Positions 12,593 through 22,421 of a DNA stretch of 64,000 bases are shown piece by piece (position 1 is the first letter of the stretch; the number at the start of each line of letters is the position of its first letter). The DNA is taken from NCBI GenBank assembly GCA_043747615.1, contig JAYTOU010000091.1:64001-128000 (forward strand). Reading direction: 5' to 3'. Source of the DNA: Myxococcales bacterium (lineage in GTDB: Bacteria; Myxococcota_A; Polyangia; Polyangiales; Polyangiaceae). The translations under genes were made by a program, and so were the position numbers. A model generated the notes under the pieces. The model had not been told where the DNA came from, made no database searches, and worked only from the letters and a program-made list of their open reading frames with translations.

Positions 12593-12646
12593 GTCTTGCT
12601 ATCCCGGGGGGGCCTCGGGCCTGCTAGTCTGCGCCTCCCCGGCAGC

Positions 12647-14701
12647 ATGGTTTCTCCTCTAGACACAGGCGCTCTCCGCGAGCCCGCCTCGTCGCCACAC
12701 GGCAGCCTCCGCGTCCTCTGTGATCACGGCGAGGAGTGCGGAGGGTGTCCGCTCATCGCCCTTCCGTACGGCGAACAGCTCACGCTGAAGCGCGGCCGCG
12801 TGGTGCAGTCGGTCGCGCGCTACGCGTCGCTCGAGCTCGTGTACTCAGAGCAGGTTGTCCCGGCAGAACCGGTTACCGAGTACCGCACGCGCGCCAAGCT
12901 GATCGTCGGATCTGGCAGTAAAATAGGCTTGTTCGGGAGCAGCGGCGGGCACCACGTTGTGGACATCCCGCGCTGCCGTGTGCTTTCGCCGGCGCTCATG
13001 AAGGTCGCGGGGATAGTGCGGGCGCGGCTGATAGTCGATGAGAAATCGGGAGGTCTGCTCGCCCCCTTCGACGGCAGCAGCGGCGGCATCCTGCGCGCGA
13101 TCGATCTCCGCGAGGTACGTGTGGGTGACGACACACCACCGGCGGTACTCTTGACACTAGTCGTGCAGCGTTCGGCGCTCGCCGTGCTCGACACCCTGCG
13201 CGCGGCCGGACGTGCGCTCATGAACGCCGAGCCATCCATCATCGGGGTGGCGGTGAATTTTCACGAAGGGGACGCCCCGCAAATCCTTGGGAGCGAGACC
13301 ACGATGCTGTGCGGAGTCGCGTCGGCTCCAGATCGGGTGGGAGCTTCGACGCACCTAGCGACGTTTGGATCGTTCGTTCAAGCGCATCGCGGACAGGCGA
13401 GGCGCGTGCATCGCATTCTTGCCGAAACTTTCACCGCCAAGACGCCGCTCCGCGTCCTCGATCTCTACGGAGGATCGGGGGCCATTTCTCTCGCCCTCGC
13501 CGAAGCAGGTGCGAGGGTCCACCTCGTCGAGTCGTTCGCTCCCGCTGTCGCTCATGCCAGGGCCGCGGCGGAGACGCAGCGCCTCTCCATCGAGACCGAG
13601 TGCGGAGACGTGGCAGGCACACTGCGCGCGTTCGTGCAGCGAAAAGAGCGCTTCGATGCGGCAGTGGTCAACCCTCCCCGCCGCGGGGTGAGCTCAACGG
13701 CGCGCGAGCTCTTGGCGCGCCTGGACCTGGCGACCATCGCCTACGTCTCCTGTGATCCAGACACGCTCGCGCGCGATCTCGATCATCTGTCGCGCCTCGG
13801 TTACGTGACGACCACCCTTCGGCCCCTGGACATGATCCCGCTCACCGAGGAGGTCGAGACCATCGCGATCTTGCGGCGCACGGCGATCTCGAGGCCGCGC
13901 ATCGCCTACGAGGACGAGGAGATACTGGTGATCGAAAAAGGACCGCACGAGCCGACCGTCACCCAGATCGAATACTTCGTGAGCTTGCTCGATCGCGTCA
14001 AGCGCATTCCTGGCGCCCAGGAGGCGGTGCCGATCCATCGGCTGGACGTGGGGACGAGCGGGCTCGTGGCCTTTGCGCGCTCACCGAAGTACGTTCCTTC
14101 GTGGACGGCGGCTCTTGCGTCGGCGACTGCCCGGAAGATCTTCGTGGTAGGCGTCCGCGGCGTGACTCCTACGAAGGGCACGATCACGCGAGAGCTTCGC
14201 GAAGACGGCGCTCCAGTCCCCGCGCGCACTCGTTACCGTCGCCTCGCGGTGACCAGCGGCCACAGCCTCCTGCGCGTGATCCCCGAGCAAGGACGCACGC
14301 ACCAGATCCGCCGGCATCTTGCTGCCGTCGGGCATCCCGTGCTCGGTGACGATCGCTACGGGCATCCTCCGACCAACCGTTTTTTCGAGGAGAAGCACGC
14401 CCTCGATCGCACCTTCCTCCACTGCGTGCGACTCGAGATCGACCATCCCACGAAGGGTGCTCGGCTCGTCGTCGAAGGACCGCTCCCGGGCGATCTACGC
14501 GCTGTCCTCGAGCGCACGAGCGGATCCGGCACCCTCCGTTTCCTCGATCACAAGAATGCGCTGGGGACGAGCGGCACATCGAGCATGCCGCCGGCTCCCG
14601 ACTCGGGGCACACGCGCGGAAGCGCCATCGAGGAAAACGCTGCGCCGAGCGTGCATGAAGAGCTCACCGCCGACGACGACGACCGCTCGAGTAATTTCTA
14701 G
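12647..14701 (+). CDS. Fusion: RNA uracil-C5 methyltransferase (RlmC/RlmD family) + RluA-family pseudouridine synthase
   Basis: CDHGEECGGC, SFVQAH, LDLYGGSG, VVNPPRRG, YVSCDP, then HRLDVGTSGL, GRTHQIRRHL, HPVLGDDRYG, FLHC, all in one uninterrupted frame. Confidence 0.9.
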   Translation: MVSPLDTGALREPASSPHGSLRVLCDHGEECGGCPLIALPYGEQLTLKRGRVVQSVARYASLELVYSEQVVPAEPVTEYRTRAKLIVGSGSKIGLFGSSGGHHVVDIPRCRVLSPALMKVAGIVRARLIVDEKSGGLLAPFDGSSGGILRAIDLREVRVGDDTPPAVLLTLVVQRSALAVLDTLRAAGRALMNAEPSIIGVAVNFHEGDAPQILGSETTMLCGVASAPDRVGASTHLATFGSFVQAHRGQARRVHRILAETFTAKTPLRVLDLYGGSGAISLALAEAGARVHLVESFAPAVAHARAAAETQRLSIETECGDVAGTLRAFVQRKERFDAAVVNPPRRGVSSTARELLARLDLATIAYVSCDPDTLARDLDHLSRLGYVTTTLRPLDMIPLTEEVETIAILRRTAISRPRIAYEDEEILVIEKGPHEPTVTQIEYFVSLLDRVKRIPGAQEAVPIHRLDVGTSGLVAFARSPKYVPSWTAALASATARKIFVVGVRGVTPTKGTITRELREDGAPVPARTRYRRLAVTSGHSLLRVIPEQGRTHQIRRHLAAVGHPVLGDDRYGHPPTNRFFEEKHALDRTFLHCVRLEIDHPTKGARLVVEGPLPGDLRAVLERTSGSGTLRFLDHKNALGTSGTSSMPPAPDSGHTRGSAIEENAAPSVHEELTADDDDRSSNF

Positions 14702-14712
14702 GCGCCGACGGG

Positions 14713-15888
14713 CTAGCTGGTGACGCGCTCTCGGACGAGCCCGTAGGCCAGCTTCGTCTTCGTGCGCCAGGAGAGCTTTTCGCCTTTGTACCAGTGCGCA
14801 CCCGCCGCGCGCGCGGGCTCGGAACGAAGCAGGAGAGAGCGGTAGAGAGAGCCGTTCTTCCCGTAGACGCGCGGCGCGAGCCAGGCGCTCTGGAGGAGGT
14901 GTCGACCGAAGCGCGAGCCCATGACGTCGCGGGCGTAGCCGTCGAGGAAGCTCGAACCGAGGCGGAGCGCGCGGGCAAGATGACGAGAAGCGATCTCGCC
15001 GAAGAGGATGGCCTGGGCGATCCCTTCGCCGGTCGTGCGATCGATGCCTGCCGCTTCACCGACGAACGCGATGGCCTCGAGGGCGAGGATCGTCGACCGC
15101 ACGAAGGGGCGTGTGCTGAAGGGCTTGAGCTGCACATCGCCAATGGCGATTCCGCGGCGAGCGAGCGCTCGGGCGAGGACTTCTTTCACCCGACGCGAAG
15201 CCGTAATGTTCGCGTGATAGATGCCGCGGCTCACCGCCGGACGACCATCGATCACCGTCGGAAAATCCCAGTAGTAGCCTTCAAGGCCTTCCTCTACATC
15301 CGTGAGATCGAAATCGCACAGGCCGCTCGTTGGGCCGTGATCGCCTGAAAAATAGGGAGTTTCGGTGACGTAGAGGTGGCCCTTTCGCTCCGCCTCTCGA
15401 AGGTCGAGGAGCTTGCGCGTCGTGCTCCCCGCGCCGTCACACGCGGCGACGAGACGGGCAGTGAGGGTGCGCTTGGAGGTGACGAGGCGCCAGCCTCCGG
15501 AGATCTTCTCGAGGCCGACCAGCCCTTCGCGATCGCTCACCGCCACACCGTCGCGCTCGCACATTCGCCAGAGGCTCGCGTCGAACTCCGATCGTCGAAC
15601 GACCACCCCGAGGTCACTGCGATCGTACGCACCGGCTTCGCCCGAATCGAGGATCCGCAGACCGCGCATGCGAACGAACGGCACGTCGATCGGCACGCCG
15701 ATCCGGCCGAGGGCCTCGACTCCCCACGTGCTGACCGCGCCTGCGCAAGGCTTTTCCCGAGGGTGCGCGTACTTCTCGATCAGCGCGATGCGCGCGGCTC
15801 CGATGCGATCTCTGCGCGCCAAGTGAAGCGCGGTGCTCGTGCCCGCCGGCCCGCCCCCGACGATCGCTATGTCGACGTCGAAGCGCAT
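14713..15888 (-). CDS. FAD-dependent oxidoreductase, geranylgeranyl-reductase family
   Basis: IVGGGPAG, PREKPCAG, RRSEFDASL, ACDGAGS, VGEAAG...TGEGIAQA. Confidence 0.85.
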   Translation of the reverse strand: MRFDVDIAIVGGGPAGTSTALHLARRDRIGAARIALIEKYAHPREKPCAGAVSTWGVEALGRIGVPIDVPFVRMRGLRILDSGEAGAYDRSDLGVVVRRSEFDASLWRMCERDGVAVSDREGLVGLEKISGGWRLVTSKRTLTARLVAACDGAGSTTRKLLDLREAERKGHLYVTETPYFSGDHGPTSGLCDFDLTDVEEGLEGYYWDFPTVIDGRPAVSRGIYHANITASRRVKEVLARALARRGIAIGDVQLKPFSTRPFVRSTILALEAIAFVGEAAGIDRTTGEGIAQAILFGEIASRHLARALRLGSSFLDGYARDVMGSRFGRHLLQSAWLAPRVYGKNGSLYRSLLLRSEPARAAGAHWYKGEKLSWRTKTKLAYGLVRERVTS

Positions 15889-15894
15889 CTCGGC

Positions 15895-16134
15895 TCAGGG
15901 TGCGCGCATGGCGCCCAGCTCGGCGCAAAGGTCTTCGATCAACAGATCGAGGTCGTGCTCGCGCGAAGTTGGCGAAGCGAGGGTGAGATCGCCGCCGCGC
16001 TCGGCGAACACCTGGGCAATGCCTTCGGAGGCCTCGACGATGCCTTTGAGGAAGACCACGTCCTTCGCGCGCAGCATCACGCGCCTCGAGACCATGCCCT
16101 CACCGATGTACGTTTCCACGGGTACGCGGGCCAT
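15895..16134 (-). CDS. Small DUF4911-like protein
   Basis: KDVVFLKGIVEASEGIA motif. Tightly packed between neighbours. Confidence 0.6.
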   Translation of the reverse strand: MARVPVETYIGEGMVSRRVMLRAKDVVFLKGIVEASEGIAQVFAERGGDLTLASPTSREHDLDLLIEDLCAELGAMRAP

Positions 16135-17253
16135 TCAACCGAGGGGATCGTCCAGCTCGCGGTCGGCCACGCGCTTCTCTTTTTTCTCGCGGAGCCGAAG
16201 CTGCACGTACTCGACGAGGCGCTCTACGTAGCTCTCGAACGGCGGGCACACGATGCCCGTTCCGGAGAGAATATCATCCGTATTTGCGGAGCTGTAGGAA
16301 ACGGGCGTCCCCAGCGCGTCGAGGAACGCGCGCGGGCTCTTGGCGAAGCGGTCGAGACCGGGAGTGCGCAGGAGAGCCTTCGTGAGGTTCGCAGGAATGA
16401 ATCCGCGCGGCACACGGCGTCCACCGGCGCGCGCGACCAGCTCGAAAATCCTTCGGGCGGTGAGGGGTGAAGGATCGACGAGATGAAAGGTACGCCCGGC
16501 GGAGCGTGGGTCTCGCCCGATGGCGTGGGCAGCACGTACCACGTAATCGATGGGCACGAGGTGAAGTGGCGAGTCCCCCCGGCCGGGGAGCGGGAGGGCA
16601 AACTCGGGAGGCGAGGTGACCATCACCATGATGAGGAGATACGGGCCGTCGAAGCGATCCACCTCACCGGTCTTCGAGTCCCCCACCACCATCGACGGGC
16701 GAACTACCGCGATCGGTATCTTCGTCATCGCGCTGCGCATCATCTTCTCAGCGCGCGCTTTCGTCTCCTCCACCACGTTGCGGAAATTTTGTCCGCGGTC
16801 GAGATCGTCCTCGCGAACGAGACCCGTGCGGTCCCCCGAGACGGACGCGGTGGAGTGAAATACCAGGCATTTGAGGCTCTGGCACGCTTCGGCAAGCTCC
16901 AGTATTTCCCGAGCGCCGTTCACGTTCATCTGCATCGCGGTCGCCTGATCGACGCCGGGATACGAGACCTGCGCGCAGTGGTGAATGCGCGTGACTTCGG
17001 CGGCGAGAGCGCGAAATTCTTTTCCCGAGAGACCAAGATCCATCGACGCGGCATCCCCGTCGATCAGGTTCACGCGCTGGCGCTGCTCGAGGGGCAAACC
17101 GTCGAGCGCCGCCACGGCATCTGCGGCGAACTTCGCGCGCACCACGGCGTGCACGAGGGTGCTGGGTGATCGCAGAAGCTCCTCGCACATCTTGCGCGCG
17201 CCGAACGAAGGATACCCCGTCAGCAGAACGACTTCTTCGTAGCGAGAGGCCAT
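16135..17253 (-). CDS. Extended SDR / NAD_binding_4-family protein (degenerate active site)
   Basis: LLTGYPSFGA, GDAASMDLGL, IHHCAQ, NVNGA, HSTASVSG, RPSMVVGDSKTGE...FDGPY. Start ATG 17253. Confidence 0.85.
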   Translation of the reverse strand: MASRYEEVVLLTGYPSFGARKMCEELLRSPSTLVHAVVRAKFAADAVAALDGLPLEQRQRVNLIDGDAASMDLGLSGKEFRALAAEVTRIHHCAQVSYPGVDQATAMQMNVNGAREILELAEACQSLKCLVFHSTASVSGDRTGLVREDDLDRGQNFRNVVEETKARAEKMMRSAMTKIPIAVVRPSMVVGDSKTGEVDRFDGPYLLIMVMVTSPPEFALPLPGRGDSPLHLVPIDYVVRAAHAIGRDPRSAGRTFHLVDPSPLTARRIFELVARAGGRRVPRGFIPANLTKALLRTPGLDRFAKSPRAFLDALGTPVSYSSANTDDILSGTGIVCPPFESYVERLVEYVQLRLREKKEKRVADRELDDPLG

Positions 17254-17255
17254 GA

Positions 17256-18800
17256 CTACAGGCAGTAGTGGCCGCCGACTCCCTGCAACCAGCGGCCGAA
17301 GTTGCCGCCGTAGTTGAAAGGATTGCAGAACGCGCCGGCCCCGGCCCCAAAGGACGTCGCGATGCAGCGAGAGGCGAGGAAGTCGGTGCTGCACTGGCCT
17401 TGGCGAACGCTGTTGTCGCATCCCTGGATCGCGCCGGCGTCGCACTGCGCGCAGCTCTTGTCCTGGCAGTCGATGGCGCATCCCGTGGACGTGTTGCACG
17501 TCGAGGTGACGAACGGCGCCACGCAGCTGAAGATGCCTTTCGCTTCTTGGAAGTTGTAATCGAAGGGCGTGAGGCACGCGGCACAGGTCGGGTTCGTCGA
17601 CCGCTCAAAAGAGTAGAATGCATCGCACGCCGCGGAGTGCGCTCCGGTCGCGCATGCTGCGCGCGCATCGGCGAGATCCGCTGCCGGGCACACGTGCTGA
17701 ATCGACGGCGCTACGGTGGAAACGCTCGCCCCCGGGCATCCTGGGTACGCCGCCGGACAGGTGCTCTGCATGTTCGCGCATACCCTCGGCGAGACGGCGA
17801 GATCGCAGGTCGATCCCGAGGCCGTGCAGTCCACGCAGGCTTGCGCGCCCGACCCGCAGCGCGCGCTCAAAAAGCCGCCGTGACAAACTTGCTGCGCGTC
17901 GCAGCATCCCTGCGCGCAATTGGCCGCGGTGCACGTGGGAGGGATCGGAACGCACGCTTGACCGGCGCACGTCGACGCCTTGGCGCCGCAATTTTCGCAC
18001 TGCTTGGCGCCCGTGCCGCAGGAATTCAGATCCGTCCCGGGCTGACACGTGTCTTGGAAGCAGCAGCCGCTTGGGCACGACGCTGGGTTGCAGAGCGCGG
18101 GCTGCGTCTGGCACTGACCGCCGACCATGCCCTGTGAGCTGCACATGTCCATGCTGGTCGTGCAGTCCTGGCACGCGTCGCCGTTCGCACCGCACGCGGT
18201 TTGATCTTGGCCAACGCGGCACTCATTTCCGCTGCAGCAACCGGGGCAGTTGCCGGGGCCGCATGCTGCAGTTTTGCAGACGCGGGTGCTCGGATCGCAG
18301 ACTCCGGGGCCGGCGAAGTCGGAGCACGTTGCGCACATATCGCCGCCCTTGCCGCACGCCTTCGGGGAGTCTCCTTGGAGGCAAATGTTTCTGCCCGGTC
18401 CCGTGCTCGCGCAGCAGCCGTCGGCGCAGCTCATCGCGTCGCAGACTTTCACTTCCCGCGCGCACGAGCGGCGCGAAGGGTCGCAGAAATCGAAACCTTC
18501 GTTGACGCAGTCGACGCATGCCAGTCCTTTGCCGCCGCACGACTGGACGAGCGTTCCGGTCTCGCACTTGCCCTTCGCGTCGCAGCAACCGTTCGGGCAC
18601 GTGGCCGCGTTGCATTCACCGGGGCCGGTGTCCGCCGCGTCGGGATTCCCGCCGTCACCGCCGTCCGGATGCGCGTCGACCCCTGCATCGGCGAGAAGGT
18701 CGTAACCGTCTAGGTTCGACCGGCCACAAGCAACGCCGATCATTGCAAGGAATGCGGCAAAGAAGGCGAGGCTAAGAAGGCGCTTGTAAGCGTGAAGCAT
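17256..18800 (-). CDS. Cys-rich repeat lipoprotein
   Basis: Lipobox GVAC and about 5 repeats of C-x3-C-x1-2-GCC-x4-7-C-x2-G-x5-CG-x2-[GA]-x2-C-x2-C. Confidence 0.8.
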   Translation of the reverse strand: MLHAYKRLLSLAFFAAFLAMIGVACGRSNLDGYDLLADAGVDAHPDGGDGGNPDAADTGPGECNAATCPNGCCDAKGKCETGTLVQSCGGKGLACVDCVNEGFDFCDPSRRSCAREVKVCDAMSCADGCCASTGPGRNICLQGDSPKACGKGGDMCATCSDFAGPGVCDPSTRVCKTAACGPGNCPGCCSGNECRVGQDQTACGANGDACQDCTTSMDMCSSQGMVGGQCQTQPALCNPASCPSGCCFQDTCQPGTDLNSCGTGAKQCENCGAKASTCAGQACVPIPPTCTAANCAQGCCDAQQVCHGGFLSARCGSGAQACVDCTASGSTCDLAVSPRVCANMQSTCPAAYPGCPGASVSTVAPSIQHVCPAADLADARAACATGAHSAACDAFYSFERSTNPTCAACLTPFDYNFQEAKGIFSCVAPFVTSTCNTSTGCAIDCQDKSCAQCDAGAIQGCDNSVRQGQCSTDFLASRCIATSFGAGAGAFCNPFNYGGNFGRWLQGVGGHYCL

Positions 18801-18930
18801 GCGGCGAAGCGTAGCCGGTCCCTCTCGGCGAAACCACGTTTTACAGGTCGATATTGGCGTTTCGGTGAGCGGCGCGGCAGCGGTTCCGAGCGGTGGCGGC
18901 GGGGATCACGCGAAAAAGCGCGACCGCAAC

Positions 18931-20607
18931 TCAGAATCCGCCTGCGCGCTTCACTGCGGCGCGCGCGAGGAGATCGCTCACGTTCGCGTGCGCCCACAGA
19001 TTCGAGCCTCGCCGCCCCCATCCGAAGACGAGAGGCGCGGGGACGCCCGTTCGCTCGAGCGCGAGAGGCTGCGCAACGAGAGCGAAGGTGGTGTCGGCGT
19101 GGAGTGCGGTGACGGCCGCGGAAATGTAGGCGTCGTCGAGGAGCCTTTGTTTCGGGGCCACGCCGCTCACGAGCAGCGCCGTCGGATCGTCGGAAAGCGA
19201 GAGGCTCAGGTCCGCGCCCTTTGCGACCCACGCAAGGCCGGCCGTCACGCCGTGGCCCTTGGAGAAGGACGGAGTGGCGAGATCCACTTTGCCGAGGCCA
19301 GCGATCTCGCTCACGCCGAAGGTGATGCGCTCCACGTTGAGCAGCGTTTTCAACGGCTCCTTGAACGCGGGCATGGTGCCAAGCGCAACGCCCTCATGAA
19401 TGGCGCGGGTCGCGGCCTCGGGATCGACCGCGGTGGTCCGAAGAAAAATGCCCTTCGCTTTCCCCTGCACGAACCAGGCGGTGAGCTCGTCGCCTCGGCC
19501 CTTCGACCAGTCGGCGACCGCCGCGTGCACGCTCTTTCGATCCTGGGCACCGAGACGCTCGCCGAGCGCCTTGGTGAGAGCCTCTTCGAAATCGCCCGCA
19601 GTCGCTGCCCGCTCGACGGCCGCGCCGCGGGTTGAGATCGCGACGAGCGCGTCAGAGGGCGCCTCGAGCACCGAGCGCGCTTCGCCGGGATGCATCGAGG
19701 CGACGAGCTGCGCGGCCGGACCGTTACCGCCTTTTGGAACGAAGGTGAGCTCGGCGTTGACGTCCGCGTCGCCGACCTCGACGTCCGCCTTGACGCGCTC
19801 CAGATCGGCCATGAGCGCGATGTGTTTTTGCACGAAGCCGTCTAAGAGCGCGAGGATGGTCCGGGGGTCCGCGAAGTCGGGTGGGCGTCCACCGTGCTGT
19901 TCGCGCATCTTCGCGTCCTGCAGTTCCTTGTCGGCGCGAAACGCGGCCCAGTCGGCGAGGAGCTTCGTCTTCACCGGTCCTGCGAGGGCCGCGTGTGGGA
20001 TCTCCATCGTGGCCGAGCTCGTGGGGAGCGGATGCGTGGGCAGCGTTCGGTGCACGTACGGGCCGAGGCGCGCGAGGGCCGCCGCGTTTCCGGCGACGAC
20101 GAGATACCCGCCGCGCGCGATGGCGATGGCCGTCCGCAGCGTCGCTCCCCCCTTTGGAGAAAAGATGGTCATTCCTCCCTCGCTCTTCGCGGCGTAGCGC
20201 GCCCCGTTTCCGTCGACGAGCACCGTTTGAGCGCGACGCGGCTCGACCAGCTTCACCGCGAAGGCATACGCCACGTCGTCATGATCTTGCGCGAGCGCTC
20301 CGTACAAAGGCGACGCTCCGTCGATCTCCGGACCGAGGGACGGATCGATCCCCGCGACCGCGCAAATCAGCCCTCCGGTCGTGGTCGGCAAGAGCGCCGT
20401 CGCTCCTCCGATGCCGCGCTGAAGCTTGCTCCACGCCGCGTCCGGCACGGGGACCACCAGCTCGGCGAGGAGACCCTCGGGCGTGGGCAGCGGCGCTTCG
20501 GCAGCGAGCAATGCGCCGACGTTCTCACCGGGCGCCGCGTCCTTGCGACACGACGTGCATCCTCCAAACAAGAAGACGAGCGCAGCGGCGAGCGGGATAA
20601 GACGCAC
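18931..20607 (-). CDS. Hypothetical lipoprotein
   Basis: Signal peptide with FGGC lipobox. Long ORF collinear with its neighbours. Confidence 0.7.
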   Translation of the reverse strand: MRLIPLAAALVFLFGGCTSCRKDAAPGENVGALLAAEAPLPTPEGLLAELVVPVPDAAWSKLQRGIGGATALLPTTTGGLICAVAGIDPSLGPEIDGASPLYGALAQDHDDVAYAFAVKLVEPRRAQTVLVDGNGARYAAKSEGGMTIFSPKGGATLRTAIAIARGGYLVVAGNAAALARLGPYVHRTLPTHPLPTSSATMEIPHAALAGPVKTKLLADWAAFRADKELQDAKMREQHGGRPPDFADPRTILALLDGFVQKHIALMADLERVKADVEVGDADVNAELTFVPKGGNGPAAQLVASMHPGEARSVLEAPSDALVAISTRGAAVERAATAGDFEEALTKALGERLGAQDRKSVHAAVADWSKGRGDELTAWFVQGKAKGIFLRTTAVDPEAATRAIHEGVALGTMPAFKEPLKTLLNVERITFGVSEIAGLGKVDLATPSFSKGHGVTAGLAWVAKGADLSLSLSDDPTALLVSGVAPKQRLLDDAYISAAVTALHADTTFALVAQPLALERTGVPAPLVFGWGRRGSNLWAHANVSDLLARAAVKRAGGF

Positions 20608-20642
20608 GCGCGAAACGTACTACGGACTTGGCGACCGGGCGC

Positions 20643-21632
20643 TTAGTTCGCGCAGCGGGCACCCAATACGTCGTTGATGCATTTCGTGAAGCCGAGCGCC
20701 TTGCAGAAGTAGCTACGCGCTTTTCCGCCGAGGCAGTAGCTCACGCTCGCCCCCTCGCACTTCGCGACCGCGCTCGTGTTGCAGCGTTCGGCAGGAGCGG
20801 GGGTGGGCGCGCTGCACGCACCGATTGCGATCGCGTCTGACCCGACGTGGCAAGAGAGGTTTGCAGCGGCGCAATCGAGGCGCACTTCCCGGCCGTTGTA
20901 GCAACCGAGCGCGCTCGTTCCCTCGCAGACCCGTTTGTCCGGCGTGCATGGGCGATTTGCGGTGGCGCAGCCGGCGCCTTCCGGAGTGCTCACGCATTTC
21001 AGCCCGAACGCACCGCAATCGAGTGAAGCGAGCTTTCCCTTCTCACAACGCAGGATCCGCGTGCCAGAGGTGGAGCACGTGGCGCCCGCCTCTTTCATGT
21101 CTGCCGGGCAAGCGCCGAGCGTGCAGAGCGATTCGCCTTCGCGCACGGCACACTGCTCGCCGCCGCGAGGGCAGTCGCGCACGGCCATCACCTTCTCGTG
21201 AAAACAGCTGATGGCGCGGCCATCGGCATCGCAGAACCCCGCCGAGCCATTTTTTCCCCGCCCGACGCACGTCTCCGGCTTCGCGCCACGGAGCGCGCAC
21301 GTCCGCAGCGCGCCGCACGAGTTGGCCCGGAGGCCGCACTCGCGGATGGTGAGAGAAAAGTTCACGGCGCTCGGCGACGTCATCTCGTGCGACATCGTCT
21401 TCACGCACGCCCCGAAGTCGCGCGGGATCATCGACGACGGGATCGCCACGCCTTCACACGACGTGAGGAGCGCACACATGTGCTCGACGTCTTCGATGGC
21501 CGGCGGAGACACGTCCGCTTTGGGAGCGGGCGGACCTGCGTCGGAAGGCGGGGGTGGCGCCGCCTCGGCTATGAGCGCAACGCCCATGGCCGCTCCTAGG
21601 ACGATCGCGATTTTCAACGTGCGCTTCAGCAT
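20643..21632 (-). CDS. Cys-rich secreted protein
   Basis: Signal peptide, Pro-rich linker, many regularly spaced Cys. Confidence 0.75.
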   Translation of the reverse strand: MLKRTLKIAIVLGAAMGVALIAEAAPPPPSDAGPPAPKADVSPPAIEDVEHMCALLTSCEGVAIPSSMIPRDFGACVKTMSHEMTSPSAVNFSLTIRECGLRANSCGALRTCALRGAKPETCVGRGKNGSAGFCDADGRAISCFHEKVMAVRDCPRGGEQCAVREGESLCTLGACPADMKEAGATCSTSGTRILRCEKGKLASLDCGAFGLKCVSTPEGAGCATANRPCTPDKRVCEGTSALGCYNGREVRLDCAAANLSCHVGSDAIAIGACSAPTPAPAERCNTSAVAKCEGASVSYCLGGKARSYFCKALGFTKCINDVLGARCAN

Positions 21633-21771
21633 CTAGCTGGGTATTCCCCCTCAGTTGGACGCACTTCGCCAACGCTTTATTCTTCCAACATACCGGTAGA
21701 CCTGGCAGTTCGCCTCAAAATGGCGGTAAGGTGCGATGTGCTTAGGTCAAACCTGAGGAGAGTCGCTGGCG

Positions 21772-22329
21772 ATGCTCGACGACGTCCAAATAGAGCTGAT
21801 TTCATCAATTGCTAAGGCCCAAGAGGCCCTCAGGCGCGAGCTCACGAAGCTCCGTGCCGGCCGGGCGAGCCCCGCACTGCTCGATGGCATCCGCGTCGAC
21901 TACTACGGGACCATGACGCCTCTCACCCAGATGGCGAACGTGAGCGTCCCGGAGCCGCGCCTTCTCACGGTGAAGCCGTGGGACAAGGGCATGATCAAAG
22001 CGACCGAGAAAGCCATTCGCGAATCGGACTTGGGTCTGAATCCCCAATCGGACGGGGATCTGATACGCATCCCGCTTCCGCCGCTCACGGAAGAGCGCCG
22101 AAAAGAATTCGTCAAGATCGCCAAGAAGTACGGCGAAGAGTGCAAAGTCTCCATTCGCAAAGGCCGTCACGAAGCCATCGACATGCTCAAACAGGTCGAC
22201 GAAGACGGCGAAGCAAGCACGGACGACGTCGACCGCGCGAAGAAAAAGGTCGAAGACACCGTGGCCGAAGGAATCAAACAAGTCGATTCGATGATTGCTC
22301 ACAAGGAAAAGGACATCCTTGAAGTCTGA
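21772..22329 (+). CDS. frr: Ribosome recycling factor
   Basis: LRAGRASPALLD, VDYYG, LGLNPQSDG, PPLTEERRKE. GAGGAG RBS upstream. Confidence 0.97.
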   Translation: MLDDVQIELISSIAKAQEALRRELTKLRAGRASPALLDGIRVDYYGTMTPLTQMANVSVPEPRLLTVKPWDKGMIKATEKAIRESDLGLNPQSDGDLIRIPLPPLTEERRKEFVKIAKKYGEECKVSIRKGRHEAIDMLKQVDEDGEASTDDVDRAKKKVEDTVAEGIKQVDSMIAHKEKDILEV

Positions 22330-22346
22330 CCGTCTCTTGCGCGGCC

Positions 22347-22380
22347 TTGACACTCTTGCCGGCCGATGAAATTCTTCATC
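22347..22380 (+). promoter_or_regulatory. Possible sigma70 -35 plus inverted repeat upstream of the phosphatase
   Basis: Perfect TTGACA at 22347-22352. GATGAA-ATTC-TTCATC palindrome at 22365-22380 covers the expected -10 position. Confidence 0.4.
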
Positions 22381-22421
22381 TTTCCAGTCTGTGTTCATCA
22401 GAGTAGGGAGCCAATTCGTTG

